A stretch of DNA of 62,258 nucleotides, counting the filler, from Hausera hauseri (Eukaryota), in NCBI GenBank assembly GCA_046269625.1. It is 9 parts of 9 records of this genome, joined end to end, with 100 filler letters (N's around TTAATTAATTAA, not from the genome) between each part and the next. Parts side by side here need not be neighbours in the genome. Positions count along the whole stretch, not along the records: positions 1 to 9,194 come from JBJURY010436582.1; positions 9,295 to 15,950 come from JBJURY010077883.1; 7 more parts are not named here. One strand, 5' to 3'. A program made the position numbers and the translations under genes. Below, piece after piece: positions 1 through 13,922 of the stretch (the first letter of the stretch is position 1; every line of letters begins with the position of its first letter). Under the pieces are notes generated by a model. The model did no database searches. It was not told the origin of the DNA and saw nothing but the letters and a program-made list of their open reading frames with translations.

Positions 1-3000
1 GGAAGGTGATTGATCCTTCAGCCACACAAATTTGGCGAAGTATAAATCCTTTGGAATATAGGATTTGTTGTTGTTAAAGAGAAGACAAAATGAATCTGAG
101 CTGACCTCGACGAAGTAAGATTGTGCTGCACAAATATTTTATTTTGTGGGGTGGTCGTCGGGATCAGAAAGTTCAAATAAGGCAAGAATTTAAGTTCCGA
201 AGCGTGCCTCGTCTGGAGCACAACCGGTAGTGGTAGAGGGTATGTTGCGCCACTCTAGAAGAACAAATGGTAGAATGGACATCCAATTACGATGAGTGTC
301 AGCCAAAATTTTTAAAGAAACTTTCATTGTTCGATGAAACCTTTCAAGCGTCCATTTGCTTGAGGATGATATGGAGTTGTATGGAAATGGAATATCCCCA
401 AGTGTTTTACAAGCGATCTGAAGAGTTCCGATTCAAATTGTGGACATTGATCCGTTATTATGTAACGTGGGAAACCAAAACGACTGATCCAGATTTTTAT
501 AAAGGCGTCGGCTACTGAATCAGTGTTCGTTGAACGAAGAGGAACGGCTTCAGGCCAGCGAGAAGCACGGTTCATCATAGTAAGGATATATTGTTATCCG
601 TTGTCAGCAGGTAAAGGGCCAACGAAATCAAGATGAACTGTATGAAAGCGTGATGTACAGGGGAAATGGTAAAGCGGTGGTTTCAGATGTTTGCTTATTT
701 TGTATTTTTGACAGTCTACGCATTCTTTAACCCAGCCCTGTACATCTTTGCACATTGATAGCCAAACTACATGACGTTGAAGCAGGCGAAAGGTTGCTTT
801 TGAACCTGGATAATTGAGTGAATGCGTATGAAGGAAAGCTGTCTTTTGTAAAGGTGGTTGTAGAATTTTCTTTTTATTACCGGTATTCGACGTATTAAAA
901 TCAGTGCCATCAATGATCTCAAAGGATTTGAAAAAACTAAGGAATTCAGCAGACGGTAGATTTGACCTTAAGACTTCGGATGAGAAAGTCGGCTCACATG
1001 TAATGAGACCAACCGACCTTGATAGAAAATCAGCTACCAAATTATCTGTGCCCGAGATGTATTCCAAAACAAAACTGAATATAGACAGGTATGATATATG
1101 TTGCTCTTGCCTCGGTTATGGTTGTTTTAACGACATGATGTGCAAGAGCGGCTTGTGGTCAATTTGATTAACAAATGGACGAGAAAGAAGTAGGTGTTTG
1201 AAATGTTTTACTGCCAGAACTATGGCGACTAACTCGCGGTCAAATGTTGAGTAACGGCCTACGGATTATGTGAGTTTTCGGGAGTTAAATTCTAATGGTT
1301 CGTCGACGCCGTTAGAAATCTGGTGTAGTTCTGCACCGGTATTTGTGGTAGAGGCATCGGTGGTATGCATAAAATCTGCGTTGGGCTTTGGATAGGACAG
1401 TATTTCGACTGTTTTAGGCCTTCGAGTAAGTGATCGAATCTGGTGACTAAATCAGGAGTCCAGTGGATTAACCGCCACAAAGGTGCTATAAGCTCAGAGT
1501 AATGCGGTACGTATTTATGGATGAAATGGAGTGTACTTAGAAGCTTCTCATATCCGTAGTAGTCGTTTTTAGCGTTATGTTTTTCAACTGTTGTAGCCGA
1601 TCCGGTTGTGAAGAGTGGCCGTGAGGAGTGATAATTCGGCCTAGGAAATTAACACGTTTTTGAAAGAAATGACACTTAGCGAAATTGACTTGTAAATTTC
1701 TGTGATGCAGTCTGTGAAAGATAATACGGAGGTGTTATTAATGTTGTTTAGCAGATGTGGAGGCAACTAATATGTCATTAATATATTGATGAGCAAAGTC
1801 AAGTCCTGAGAGAACGGTGTCAATGTGTCGTTGAAAGTTTGGGAAGTGCTACATAAGCCAAATGGCATAAAGATATATTCATAGAGGTCAAATGGAGTAA
1901 TAACAGCAGTTTTTGAAATGTCATCAGGTGCAACCGGAATTTGATGACAAGCTTTATGCAAATCAATTGTGGAATACGTATGTCCTTTATGAGGTAAAGG
2001 GTAAGCATCCAGGGCTGTTAGGTTGTTTAACTTCAGGTAGTCACCACATGGTCTGTAAGTGCAATCTTTCTTTGTTACTGCATGCAATGGTGAAGCCCAT
2101 GGTGATTTTGATCTTCTAATAATACCAAACTTTTCGAGTTCACTGAACTCTAATTCAACGGCTTATCGTCTACAAGGTGACAGTGATCTGACATTTTGTC
2201 TGATAGGCCTTTGGTTTTTGGTGACTATGTGGTGATAAGTTGTAGAATTCGGCTTGAAATTAACGTCTTTTTTGAGAGCGCGGAAGCAAGTAGTTGTGAT
2301 GTAGGATTTAAGACTGGAGTCCAGCAATAAGAATGCGGGGGAATATTACTGGAAGACGTAGTGGCTGTAATTGACGTAGAATTACTGAACACGCTATTAA
2401 TGGCATTCGGTTTAACCGGTTGTTTCAAAATTGATTTGGTCCCACTTGCCTTAATTGAAAATATGGATAAATTGTTAAACGTATTGTTATCAGCAGACGA
2501 ACAGCATATCAAATTCACATTTGAATGAACAGAGGATGGAAAGAAGGTGTCCGATTGGTAGTCTGGTAGGCATTTGTTGGTATCTACAACCGAGTTTCTG
2601 CGCAGGAGACATCCATGCTTGCAGTCAACCAACAAATGATGTGCAACCAGGAAATCGGAGCCTATTATGGGCGATTTAATATTGGCTACGTGAAAGTTCC
2701 AAGAAAATTTGCCTGGTAGGTTGGAGAATGTGAAGAACAGTTTTGTGGTACCTACAATGTGCAAGTCTTAATCACAGGCAGTTAAGAGAGGAGGAGAAAA
2801 AATTGTAGTAGATGTAGGAGCGAAAGATAATGAAAGAAGTGAATAAACAGCTCCCGAATCGATAAGAAAGTCGATGTGTGACGTGTCTCTAAATAACAGT
2901 GCAGCTTTCAACAGAAAGACTGCAGAGGCTGTGTTGAAACAGCCATAGGATTGAAAGGTGTTTACAACGCCTGAATGTGCCGTATCATCTGTCGGCGTTA

Positions 3001-4450
3001 TTGGTTTTTGAGTGTTGCGGAGAGAAAAAAGAACGAAAAGGAGGAGGAGGAAGGAAAGCTGGAGTTGTTCTTATAATGTTTGCACCCCGGTACACATGAC
3101 CTAGCCTTAGACTGATACTTTGTGTGATACATACAATTAGGGGTGTCCACTGCAAAACGCTCGTTATAAAAGCGACAGCCCAAAAGACACTTTTTCTCGT
3201 CTCTATGGAACTTTTCATGATAGAAACAAACTATTTATCTGCCCGGCGATTTGTCACGAAACGAATGCTTAGAGAAACTACGCTCACTCGAGGGGCAGGT
3301 CTCACCTCGTCTAGATACAGCTAAACTATTTATCTGAGCTGTAGTGGCCGAAACTGACTGTTGCAGGGTGTCATATTGCTTTTGCATTATTTGTAGTTGC
3401 TGTGTGAACATAGTCGTATCTGTTTGTGATTGCGTAAGCAGGGTTGCAGCAGTTACTGGTTGAGTTGTTTGATTGTAGGATGTCAAAGCTTTTATCAGCC
3501 AGTAAGGCGAGTTTTTTAAGTGCCTTGAGTCGTCTACGACAGTAAGTAACGCTCTGATAGAAATGAGTAAAGAGGAAAGAAAATACCGACGAAGAAAATA
3601 GGCCTTGTTTGTCGGAGTGACGCCTAATGCTCTCAGCTGAGAAACTGCGGTTTTAAGAAAATCAGACGACTTTTGAGTTCCAATGACATGCTCATTAAAG
3701 TATTTTTGTATGATATTGTCAAATGCCGGATCGGTATTATATAGGACCGATTAATAGAGCATGTCGTATGGAGTCGAAGAAGTTAGTATCTCAGAAAGAT
3801 TGGTGACGTTTTGTTTTATTTGTGATGGAAGGAGTAGTTGCAAATTGTTAGCGCGCAGAAAAGAATCGGTGATGTGGTTGGCTTTGAGCCACTGTAAATG
3901 AAATTGTAGCTAGGTAAGGTTAGAATTTGTCTTATCCAAAAAGAAATCTACACAAAGAAGATTGTGAGAAGCAAATGGTGTAGATTCAGCAGGGCGACGA
4001 CCAGATCTAGTTTTGGTGGAATTTTTAGCAGAAGGATCGGGGTCTGATCTGCCACGGATACGAAAATGCAGAGTGAGATAAAAGATCGAATGTTTGCCGA
4101 ATTCAAAAGATGACAGAGAGTTGGAAGGGAGCAGGATCAAGCCGTTATGCATGAGGTAAAAGTCTGAGGTGCCGAAGAAAGAAGATAGTGAAGAGTAAAG
4201 AGTGTGCGCAGTATGTTTGCATGTAGCACGTAATGTATACACGAGCTTATTATGAGAAAAAACAAAAATGGAAAGGGAATTTAGTGCAGTGGACATGCTC
4301 GGTCCCTCAACCAGGCAACTCCTTGGTTGCGCAACGAACAATGAATAATATTGAAATATAAAATTACTTTGACTGTTGCCTTTTGCACTTTTTTGGTCCC
4401 CTTTCTCTGCCAACTATTGGTCCCCTTGAAGCCATTATCTTAGAATGACA
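1..4450 (-). mobile_element. Decayed Ty3/Gypsy LTR retrotransposon (gag-PR-RT-RH-IN); 3' end runs off the window start
   Basis: Minus-strand motifs in Gypsy order, split by many stops and frameshifts: gag remnant ~2990-3910; protease DFLIDSGAVYS ~2840-2872; [27 protein letters not shown] (1767-2087); RH/tether ISGTDNLVADFLSR; integrase zinc finger C..CQK and core HLDFVGPLP/RWPEAVPL/YHPQANG (324-1067). The 5' boundary is approximate. Confidence 0.93.
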
Positions 4451-4473
4451 CTGTCGTCGACATGACACGTTTC

Positions 4474-7111
4474 TCAACAGGGATGTACTTGTATTAGCTG
4501 CAAAAATTCACGTAGAAGTACGTTGTAGGTTTTATTATGTGCCTCTGAGGGTATCTGAGGAGATAAATTATAGAGTCGGTACAGCAACATTGTTGCTGAT
4601 GCTTTTAAATGTGTAAATATTTGTTGTCGTCGAGTTAAACCAGAATTTGTCGATATATTATTAAATGAATCATTTGACATGCCATTAGTTGTTTGAAAAT
4701 GAAATAAGTGGTGTATAGCCTCCATAGCACTATTGGAGGCTCTCAGTAAATAATCATGAGTACGATTAACTGATTGATAAGGTGGAGAAATAACATTTGT
4801 TACGAGAGATCGGTTAGAAATTACAGATGTCTGAGGTGAAGCTACAGAACTAGCAGCAATAGTATTTGGATGAATATTTAACGAGAATACAGTAGAACTA
4901 GGATGGAGTGATTAAATTTGAGATTGAGCAACAGTAGGTGAATGGAAAAGATAAACTTGCCGCAGTTGAACATGTGCCCAATACACTGGCTGAACGGAAC
5001 CTGTCAAGCCTCGAATCGACAAAGCTGAATTTGATATACATAAGCGGGCTGAGGTATGAAGTTCGTTTGGAGAATTGATGGAGTAGCAAGGGCATTTTAA
5101 TTTGCTAGAACGTTTCCGTAAATCCAAGGGATATTTGAAACACCACAGTGGTTCGCTAATGGAATTGATATAACGAATGAGGCGTTAGGAATTGGAACAG
5201 AAGAGATGTGAGGAGGAATTACGTGAGTATTCATTATCTGTTCTGGCAAACCAGACATAATATTTGTGCATATTGGTTTAAACTTGACACGGCATTGGTT
5301 GTATGAAATAAAGATGTTCGTGTGTTATTGGAATTATGATTAATGCTATTCTGATTAATAACTAAACCCTTAGAAAAGGGACCTAGAAGAGCAAATGTAG
5401 AGGCTGTAGAAGAAATGTTAGACATTTGACCATCTTCAGCTTTATATAATTGAAACCAACCCTGAGCCAAATGGAAATAAATGATTGGTTGAACTTCTGA
5501 AAGAGATGCGTTTGCTCCGCTTTCAACAGATAATAAAGCCTTTTCAAGCATTACATTCAATTGATCATTACATTGTCGTAAACCCCTCAATATCTGATTT
5601 GTATTTAATGTCGAACTTTCTGCTAAAACAGCCAGACACAATTCCGCTCCTACTTTGCTCATTTGGTTTTCTCTACGTTTAGATACACAAGCAATTTCGG
5701 CCACTTCTGATAGATTTAAATGATGACGCCAACTATGATGAAGAACACACGCAGCCGAAACACCAAACTCAACGATTTGTGTCGATATCCACGCAACATG
5801 ACTGCTGTATGTTCTACTTTGCCACAGGGGATTAAGTTGATTATAAAGTCCAAAGGAAATAAACCAAGTTGGAAGGCACATAATTGTAAACTTCTCTGTG
5901 ATAAGTGATTCGAATTTGTTCGTGGACTAGAAACTGGTGAAACATTCTAATTATTAATATTTATACGAAAAATAGGTGTAGATGCATCATCTGGAATTCC
6001 AGCCTTTTGAAGTACGGTTTGAACCAACTCAAACATATGATGGGCCAGAGACTTTGTGACAGTTTCCGTTAATTTTAACTGACGATCAGAGAAACAGTCC
6101 TTCTCATCTGTTTTTAAGAGTCCTTGACTTTCTTGCAACTCTGTTGGTATCTGTATAAGTAATATAAACACTTGACTGTTGAGCCACACTAGTTGTTCCT
6201 GACAATGTTTCAGTTGAAATATGAGGTGGAGATACTGAAGACAAATGGGAAGATAAATCTGATAACGACGTACTGCGACTACATTTTCTATTTTCCTCAA
6301 ACATTTCTGATATGCGATAATTACGGACTTCACATTTATTATTATTAGCTTCATTTGATTTATAACGCTCTTCAAAAGTGTCAGACTTTAGAGCTTCAGA
6401 AGTTTTGCTAACAGAAACACTATATAACGTTGCATTTTTTGGCAAAATTCTCTTTTTGATGGTCGTAGGCGAATTATCACTAATTTCTGTTGTTTCTGTA
6501 GCACTACTATCAATAGCGGACATTCCAGAAGAATGCTGATTTGCAGTAAACCGTTTAGGTATCGTAAAGCAACGGAATTTCTTTTCGCATTGCTTTTTCT
6601 CACTGTTAGATGTTTTACTGTTACCATCCTCCAAAGCTGAACTATCTGTATCTATTGACTGATTGGTCTTATTATTCTTCTACTTGAACTTTGTTTGTGG
6701 CGACTGAGCCTTTGCTATCTTTCTGACTTGGAAATACTATGACCTGTAGAGGAGTACAATGGAACAAAGTTTCTCTTGTCCGGTAATGTTACATATGAAG
6801 TATTTTCTCGAACATCCGTTGAATAATTACTTGAAGTACATCCATGACAATCCGATGTAATACAATTTTCTTTGTCGTCAACATCCGCAGCAGACTCAAT
6901 AATTCTAAAGGGAATTATGTCATTTGAATTATTGTGCTCGATTTGTTCTAGCATTTTGCTTAGTGAGCTGCATAAGTAAAGCTTCAATGGAGTAGCTTTA
7001 AAGTGTGGAATGAGGGAAGCATCCAATAGTTGATTTAAAATTAAATTTAACTTATCAACATTATGCTTGTAAACATTTGGAAGAAAGGCAGCGAATTCGT
7101 CCCTTAAGCGC
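4474..7111 (-). pseudogene. ZSWIM8: ZSWIM8 (EBAX-1/Dora-like) C-terminal half, frameshifted, with its 5' part cut by an LTR
   Basis: Segments AHHMFELVQTVLQKAG, GLYNQLNPLWQSRTYSSHVAWISTQIVEFG, AELCLAVL..LNTNQILRGLRQCNDQLNVMLEKALLSVE..AQGWFQLY, YLLRASNSAMEA and RLYNLSP match the conserved ZSWIM8 C-terminal blocks. They are spread over ORFs 6715-7125, 6104-6634, 5947-6375, 5234-5881 and 4474-4725, separated by stops and frameshifts. Confidence 0.88.
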
Positions 7112-7250
7112 TGTGGTGCCCACATGATGTGTTGCCCCGTGGCTCATTTTGGCCTGGTACAACCGAGTGCGGCCTTTTTGCCCCTATGTCGTCGACGGCT
7201 GCTACACTTCGTCTTCCGTCGCGGACTCTTGCCGTTAGACGATCTTTACA
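7112..7250 (+). mobile_element. GC-rich LTR remnant of the local Gypsy family
   Basis: Begins TGTGGTGCCCACA..CCCCGTGGCTCATTTTGG, matching the LTR starts on the minus strand at 20012 (TATGGTGCCCACA..CCCTCTGGCCTATTTGG) and 58331 (TGTGGTGTCCACA). The right end is uncertain. Confidence 0.65.
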
Positions 7251-7809
7251 AAACTACTGTTTTATAATTGCGTGAATTTGTAACATGCAGATTTCCATTA
7301 TTCTTAAAATCGCATTGAACATCAATGTTTCCAGTGTCATTTGGAATATTGGAGACTGTAACAAAACGCACAATTATTGGGAAACTTTGCATTATTTATT
7401 GTACAAAAATGGATTCCAAACACGGGAATATTCACCACAGTATTACGTAAAATCGTATTTGTACTTTTACGGATTGATCGAATTTTTGTTAAAATTGCTT
7501 AACAATTCCATATCGAAAATTGTCATTTTCTATGCAATTCCTTCATACAGTTTTGCGTTTTACTTTCCGATTGCAGCATTAGTCTGTTGGTTGAAAAAAA
7601 TTAGTGTGTAATCATTTTGTGTGTTGAGTTTAGTACATTACTTGATTAGTAGGTTTGCATGAAACATGCCTTCAATATGTCGAATCAATTGTTACCGACA
7701 TCATTAATTATCAAAACCATATGCAGAAAAGTCACTAGAATCTTAATTCACTTATACTTCAAGCCAATTTATTACCACGTGATTGTGAATATACAAATGT
7801 GAAGGTTAC

Positions 7810-8300
7810 GGACGTGAAATGGATAAAATGTGGGCATTATGTATGTGATATAGGTGATTTGTGGTTAACACATAGAAAATATGTATGAAATATGATGTAT
7901 TCGTCATGGAAGAGAACATAATAGGCATGGAATATGATAAGGGAATATATAGGCAAAGTAAGTAAAATATGGGATATATATAAGTAAAATATTTGTAATA
8001 TGAGGGAAATGAATGCAATATGTATGTGATATTAGTAATATAGAGGCAATTATATATGTAAATATTGGTAATATGGGTAATGTATTGGTAATATATGGGA
8101 AATAGGCGAATGTATGGGTAATATAGGAACATATATTGGGAATATGTGAGGAATATATAGGCATTGTGGGGAATATATAAGTAATATAGGAAAATATAAT
8201 GGTAATATATGGGTAATATGGAGGTAATTTAGGAGAAGTATAGGTAATATATGTAATTTGTACGTAAAGTGTAGGTAAGATGGGAAATCTATACGTAAGC
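7810..8300. repeat. Degenerate AT-rich minisatellite-like tract (GGTAATATAT / GGGAATATAT variants)
   Basis: Recurrent ~10-nt motifs. The overlapping I/Y/P-rich ORFs are compositional artefacts. Confidence 0.6.
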
Positions 8301-9194
8301 TATAATATGCAAGCTATAAGCTTCAATGAAATCAGGAGAAAGACACTGGAATTTGCAGCATTAATTTTTTATCTGTCATCGTGTAGAGTTTGATTCGTTC
8401 AACCTGTTTTAGATGCCTTGGATATATTGGATATATAGATTTTTGAGCGGACAATTATTGCATACTCTAAACTTTGAATGATTTAAACTAACTAAAGGTT
8501 TTAAGATGGAAATATTTTGATTTAGAATATTGTGTATCTGACTGATACAGCAATTGTTACGTTTGAAATACAGTAGTGTTTAAAAATAATGATACAATTT
8601 TAACAATAGCCTAACATTCTATATATCATATTGTACAAATTATAAAATATTTTATATACTGTACAACTGAGTTGAACAGCGTCATATACAATTGTGTTTG
8701 TAGTTTCTGCTTGTTACAGATGCCAGTTACCTTAAAAACATATAACATGTAATAAAGAACATCTTATTGAAAAGAGCAAGTCAATGTGGTACATTGACAA
8801 AATTGGTGAAATATTCATCTCAATTTCTAGAAGTAGATATAGTCAGTCATTTTTCTTTCGCTACACTTGAACACCAAATTACAATTTACAATTAATTCCT
8901 GCAACATTGTTTCGAACCTAATATACAACATACTATTTCATAATACATCTACATGGTAATGATAAATATTTTGATCCATATTGTGAGGATATAATTGAGA
9001 ACAGAAGTTCTAAATTTAAATCAGATAAATTTTTAAATTTAAATTAAGATTACAATTTGGAATAATTTAAAAAAATTTAATTAAAATTAATTAATTAAAT
9101 TTTTAAGGTAATATTGAAAATCTGATTTAAATTTGGAAAATTTGTTTCAAAATAAATAATTTGGATTGCAATAAAAATTTTCTACTGGTGCTTA

Positions 9195-9294
9195 NNNNNN
9201 NNNNNNNNNNNNNNNNNNNNNNNNNNNNNNNNNNNNNNTTAATTAATTAANNNNNNNNNNNNNNNNNNNNNNNNNNNNNNNNNNNNNNNNNNNN
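9195..9294. other. Artificial contig linker N44-TTAATTAATTAA-N44 (six-frame stop)
   Basis: Identical 100-nt linkers also occur at 15951-16050, 23128-23227, 31100-31199, 36536-36635, 41953-42052, 46302-46401 and 57452-57551. Confidence 0.99.
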
Positions 9295-9689
9295 ATTTTG
9301 TTTAATTCTATATGAATTTGTTTTATAATAAATGTTTTATAAACTTAAATAAATTGAAATTTGGGTAAAAATGAAACCACGGTAGGAAGAATTGAAGCCA
9401 AAAATGTTGGTTGTAATATCCAAACTGTAAGTTCTGTGGCTTCCACAAGCATTTCATCTGGCCTACATACAGTACATCCAAACTTCTGCTTACCGCTCCT
9501 CTAAAATCCATTGAGTTTCCAATTCATGACCGTAATAGTTCAGATTTCTGCTCTGTGGACATTGTTTTAATGCCACATTGCTCTGAAAATGTTTCTATCC
9601 TGTAATATGTCACCAGATAAAGTCAAATAATTTTGAAAACAGATGTAAACCAAATCCTCTGTGCAATTTTTCAGACAAGCCCTTGTCTT

Positions 9690-11640
9690 CTTTTATGGCT
9701 CGAGTTTCTAATTCGGTGAGGGAATAATTTTTCTCGGCCTTCTTTAAGGAACGTCCTCCATAACCAGTTGACTGTTCTAGTTCTTCATCTTCTCTTTTCT
9801 GCGTAAATTCATATCCAATGCCTTCTTTACTGGCGTCTATTTTGATTCTAAAGGGTAAGTTAAAGTCTGGGTACCGTAAAACGGGTTCGCTTGTTAATAT
9901 CTTCTTCATCGCGTCGAAAGCTGTCTGTTCGACATCCATCCATTTCCATTCTATTCCCTTCTTAAGTAGACGATATAGGGGTACATTAATTTTTAAATTA
10001 TCTGGCACATAAGTGGCAAAATATCCGCAGAGTCCTAGCCAGTGCCTTAACTCTTTTTGGTTCTGTGGTTCCATGCAATCTGATATCTTGTTTAATAACG
10101 ATTTATCTGGTCTAGATCCTCCTTCTCCAACTATATGGCCAAGGTAGGATACTGCGTTTTGAGACCATTTACATTAGGATTTAATTTCAATCCGGCCTGT
10201 TCTAAACGCATCAGCGTGTGTTCAATATCCTTCAAGTGTTCCTCTTCTGTTCTTGATGCTATCATTACGTCGTCTAAGTATGCGAAGGCATGGTCTAGTC
10301 CCGTTAGCATCTTATTCATCATTCGTGTAAAAATAGCTGGCCCGGTAGTGATACCGAACGGCATAACATTAAATTCGTACACGCTATCGCGTGTTTTAAA
10401 TGTCGTTTTATAACTATCCTCATCCTCTATCTCTACTTGCCAATATCCAGATTGTAAATCCAGAGTAGTGAACCATTTTGCTCACGAAAGTCTGTCCAAA
10501 GCCTCCTTTACTGATGGTAAAGGAAAGGAATCCTTCATCATAAGATTATTCAATGCTCTGTAGTCAATGCAAAATCGACATTTTGTAGTACCTTTCTTTT
10601 TAACCATGAGGATTGGTGAATACCAAGATCTATAACTGGGTCTAATTATATCGGCCTTAAGCATCCGTTCGACTTCCTTTGTTATCTCGGATCTCAGTGA
10701 ATGCGGCAGGGATACCATTTCGGCATCTTCTGATCTTCAAGATCTATTTCTTCATTTGAACAGGGCTTTTTCTTAAGTGGAATAGTCAATATTAGTGCTT
10801 TAGCCCTACCGATATCATCGTCATCTTTAGCGATCACTGATTTATATCGGCACAACAGTTCACAAAATTGACAATAAGAATCAGGAGAAAATTTAGTTTC
10901 TACATAAGGTGGAAATTCGGCATACTTGTAAGGCTTCTCTTCAATAGTTATCGACGACACTCTATATGTATCTCCTAGAGTAATATAAGCATGAAGCTTT
11001 ACGGGTTTCGGTGCGTTATTTGCTATTCTGATTGGTATACGACCGGAGTGTACTCTTGTCCGTACGTTACTGAGTGTCATATTTGGATTTAATGTCTCCT
11101 TTGGTTCAAAATATACTGGTTGATCGTTATCTTGTTGACCTTGAGCATAGGTTATTATCTTTGTTCATGGTGGAATGTCTTCGTCAACTGGTATCCACAC
11201 TTCCCCGAACTTCCTATCTATAGCGTTTCTTATACCTTTATTTGGTCTGATTTCTATTAATTTTCCTGTTTGCAAGTTGATCGCTATATTTGATAACCTT
11301 TTCAGTAGATTACAGCATAAAACTATGTCGTCTGTTAATTGTTCCATAACTGCTAATTCGTGACGGAAAAACTGTCCAACTATTTAAACTTCTGGGTTCC
11401 ATTTAAACATCGGTTTCGACATTTGGCCAAAGGCTCCTGTACTTCCTAGATCTTTTGTAAACGGTGGGTATAATTGTCTTCTGAGCGTTTAAATCATTTT
11501 TAACGTAAAACATGTCCGACCCTGCATCAATTAATGCGTAAACTTCCCAGTCTTCGATAATAATTTTAGCAAAGGGTCTTCCTTCTATTACTGTTCCAAA
11601 ACAGTTTGATGCAACTTTTGGGCGTTTAGTCGTCGATATT
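9690..11640 (-). pseudogene. pol: Ty3/Gypsy pol remnant (aspartic protease, reverse transcriptase, RNase H)
   Basis: PR: GRPFAKIIIEDWEVYALIDAGSD (~11585-11517). RT: RFCIDYRALN..DSFPLP, WFTTLDLQSGYWQ, YEFNVMPFG..FAYLDDV. RH: LRYPDFNLPF..DASKEGIG..AEKNYSLTELE. Confidence 0.95.
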
Positions 11641-12022
11641 TTATGTCAGTTGATTCGAATCTCCGGAGAGGATACTATGTTCTCTGCCAATTGCCTTAGT
11701 TCTCAGTTTGGGTGTAATTCATTGTTTTCGATGTTTAATTCTTCCGCTCCATGAGTACTGATTAATTGTTCTCGGTTGTTGGTGTGCGGTTCTATGTTCC
11801 AGAAGGTTCTTAACCTTGAGTTTTCCAGACAGGCGATTTAGTCTTTATATTACCAGTTTCTGTCGGGGAGTAAAACATCCTAGGATCATTCCCGGACTGT
11901 CGGTAACACATTTTCCGTAAGACTCCGTAACGTTTCGTTCCTTCATAAGGGTCTTCAACATTAATTGTCCTTTTATAGATTTCCGTTTGATATGAACTCA
12001 TTGATTGTTTGTCACAGACTTC

Positions 12023-13922
12023 TTAGACTGGAGCGGTAGGAGGTAACATATGCAATGATGCTTTAATGACAGGGTACGTCTTGTGTCTGTTTATTCTTGA
12101 AAGTGCTTCTCCTCCCTTAGGCTCCTCATCATCTGAATTATTTCTTCGCATACTAGGTTTTGTAAATTTCCACTTGTACAAGAACATAGGCCTTCCTTTT
12201 CGTTTACAATTATGATAACCGACATGGCGTTCTGAGTCCGACTTCCATCTGTTTTCTTCGTATGCTTTTAAAAACTTTCCAAAAGGCGTTATGATTGCAG
12301 TCAGTATTTTACATGAAAATCCGGTCAATGTAAATATTTCGTAGTCATTAATTACTGCTTGGATGATTGCCTTAACCATTTGTATCAAAAAATATATCGC
12401 TGAAAATCCGGATGCCGCTTGTCCAAAAATCAAAAAGTCTTCCCCAAATTCTGTAGAGTATTTCTGTGGTTACACGCTGGTAATCGTGTATCATATACTA
12501 CCGAGGCCATGGCTCGATTTAATTCGTGTGTTCGCTGTCACGGAAAAGCGAGGAAGTGCCTGAAGGCTTCGATTTCCTTAGGCCTATATATGTCTTTCGA
12601 CGAGGTATCTTGAAATTTATCGTCCATAATTCCTTTCGCAAGATTTGTTCCTGTTAATTTATTTGGAGCGGCAGTAATACCTTTATTTGGTAAACTAACC
12701 CAGTCTGTTTCACTACGTCTAAACATGGATTCTCCCAAGCTTGCTTTACAATCTTTAAAAATGGTTGGTCGGTTTGCATTATCCAATAACACTCTTGTCA
12801 ACGGTGTAGCTAATCTTGGTATATTCTGATAAATAACAGGAAGTTCCTGAATGAAATGTTTTTCTACCACATTGATGGGTACATTTCTCTTTTCACATTC
12901 GTAAGTTAACAATACTTCGCCCGTGACTTGACCGAAAATTCCTTCCCTCATAGGGATTATTGGAGAAGCCAGATCTGGGTTGGCGTATATAAGGGCCAAT
13001 TTCGTCCTCATGATTTCGGTATCTAATTTACAGTCATTCGTTATCATTTTGTGATATAATTCCGCTATTCCGACTTGTCCTTTTTAATAAAGGTAATCGT
13101 CACTGTTCTTCAAGTAGTCCTCAATCCGGATATCCTGTGTTTCCAACTTATAGGTTCTCGGATTTATCTCGGTTTCGGCTATGAAGAATGCCTCATAGTT
13201 AGTAGCGAACATTACTACGTAACAACGGGAAATCATCTCCTTTTTAATAAATTTCAGTCCATGCTGGTCCCAGACTAGTATAGTGGGTGTGGAGTGTTCT
13301 GATACATCTTTGCGTGTCCTTGAGTTGGTATCAGATTTATCCACATATCGCTTCCCGGTTGTTTCATTAAACTTCAGTTTCTTGATTTTAATAAAATTAC
13401 AACTTCTTCCAGAGGGAGGTTCCCATATTATAACAGAACTTCTAAAAGCACGATTACCACATTCACTTGTAGACCTTTTCCAGTGTCGTATTCTGCTCCG
13501 TAAAAATGTCCGCTATGCATATCTAACCTTCCGACCACAATTTGATATGCCCTAATTATCTTTCCTGGTTGCATTTCTAGTTGCATACTGTCCCATTGTA
13601 CGCTTCCGGTCTCCTTGGCCTGTTTGCAGTTTTGGCGTTCTAGATTCATCGGAATTAGAGGAGTTGTTGGTTTGATTATTGAGGAATGTCCGTGTACTAA
13701 CCCACAGTGAAAAATGTCACGAGATCGTCTCAGCATACATTCCATTCAATCTAACGATATCAATTCTTGTTGTTGGTACAGAAAGTAATACTTCTCTCTT
13801 GTTTCCAACTTGTGCGGTCTGGCATCTTCGCACACTTCTAAATCCATTAGGGAATATCTCTACCCTAGTTTAAATTTATCGCAATCGTAGACAGTAACAG
13901 CGCCTATTTGCTTTATTAGCAT
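12023..13922 (-). pseudogene. env: Chuvirus/herpes-gB-like class III viral fusion glycoprotein (env), decayed, copy 1
   Basis: N-terminus AVTVYDCDK..RYSLMDLEVC..YFLYQ..ECMLRRSRDIFHCG..HSS; central helix NDCKLDTEIMRTKLAL..NPD..GIFGQVTGEVLLTYECE..ELPV; C-terminal hydrophobic FGQAASGFSAIYFLIQMVKAII..GFSCKILTAI. The same motifs appear in the same order in copy 2 (37594-39394). Confidence 0.82.

Noticed and set aside
4898-5147. Possible solo LTR ending CACCACA inside ZSWIM8
   Set aside because: No matching terminus or TSD was found, and the minus strand reads as a P/Q/S-rich ZSWIM8 linker.
9195-9294. Recurrent TTAATTAATTAA palindrome between N runs (8 copies) as a biological site
   Set aside because: It is an identical 100-nt construct with stops in all six frames, so an assembly linker. 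Cross-contig synteny was therefore ignored.
12023-13922. Standalone endogenous chuvirus insertion
   Set aside because: No nucleoprotein or L/RdRp is seen. The glycoprotein is collinear with pol in one copy and with gag in the other, which fits a captured env.
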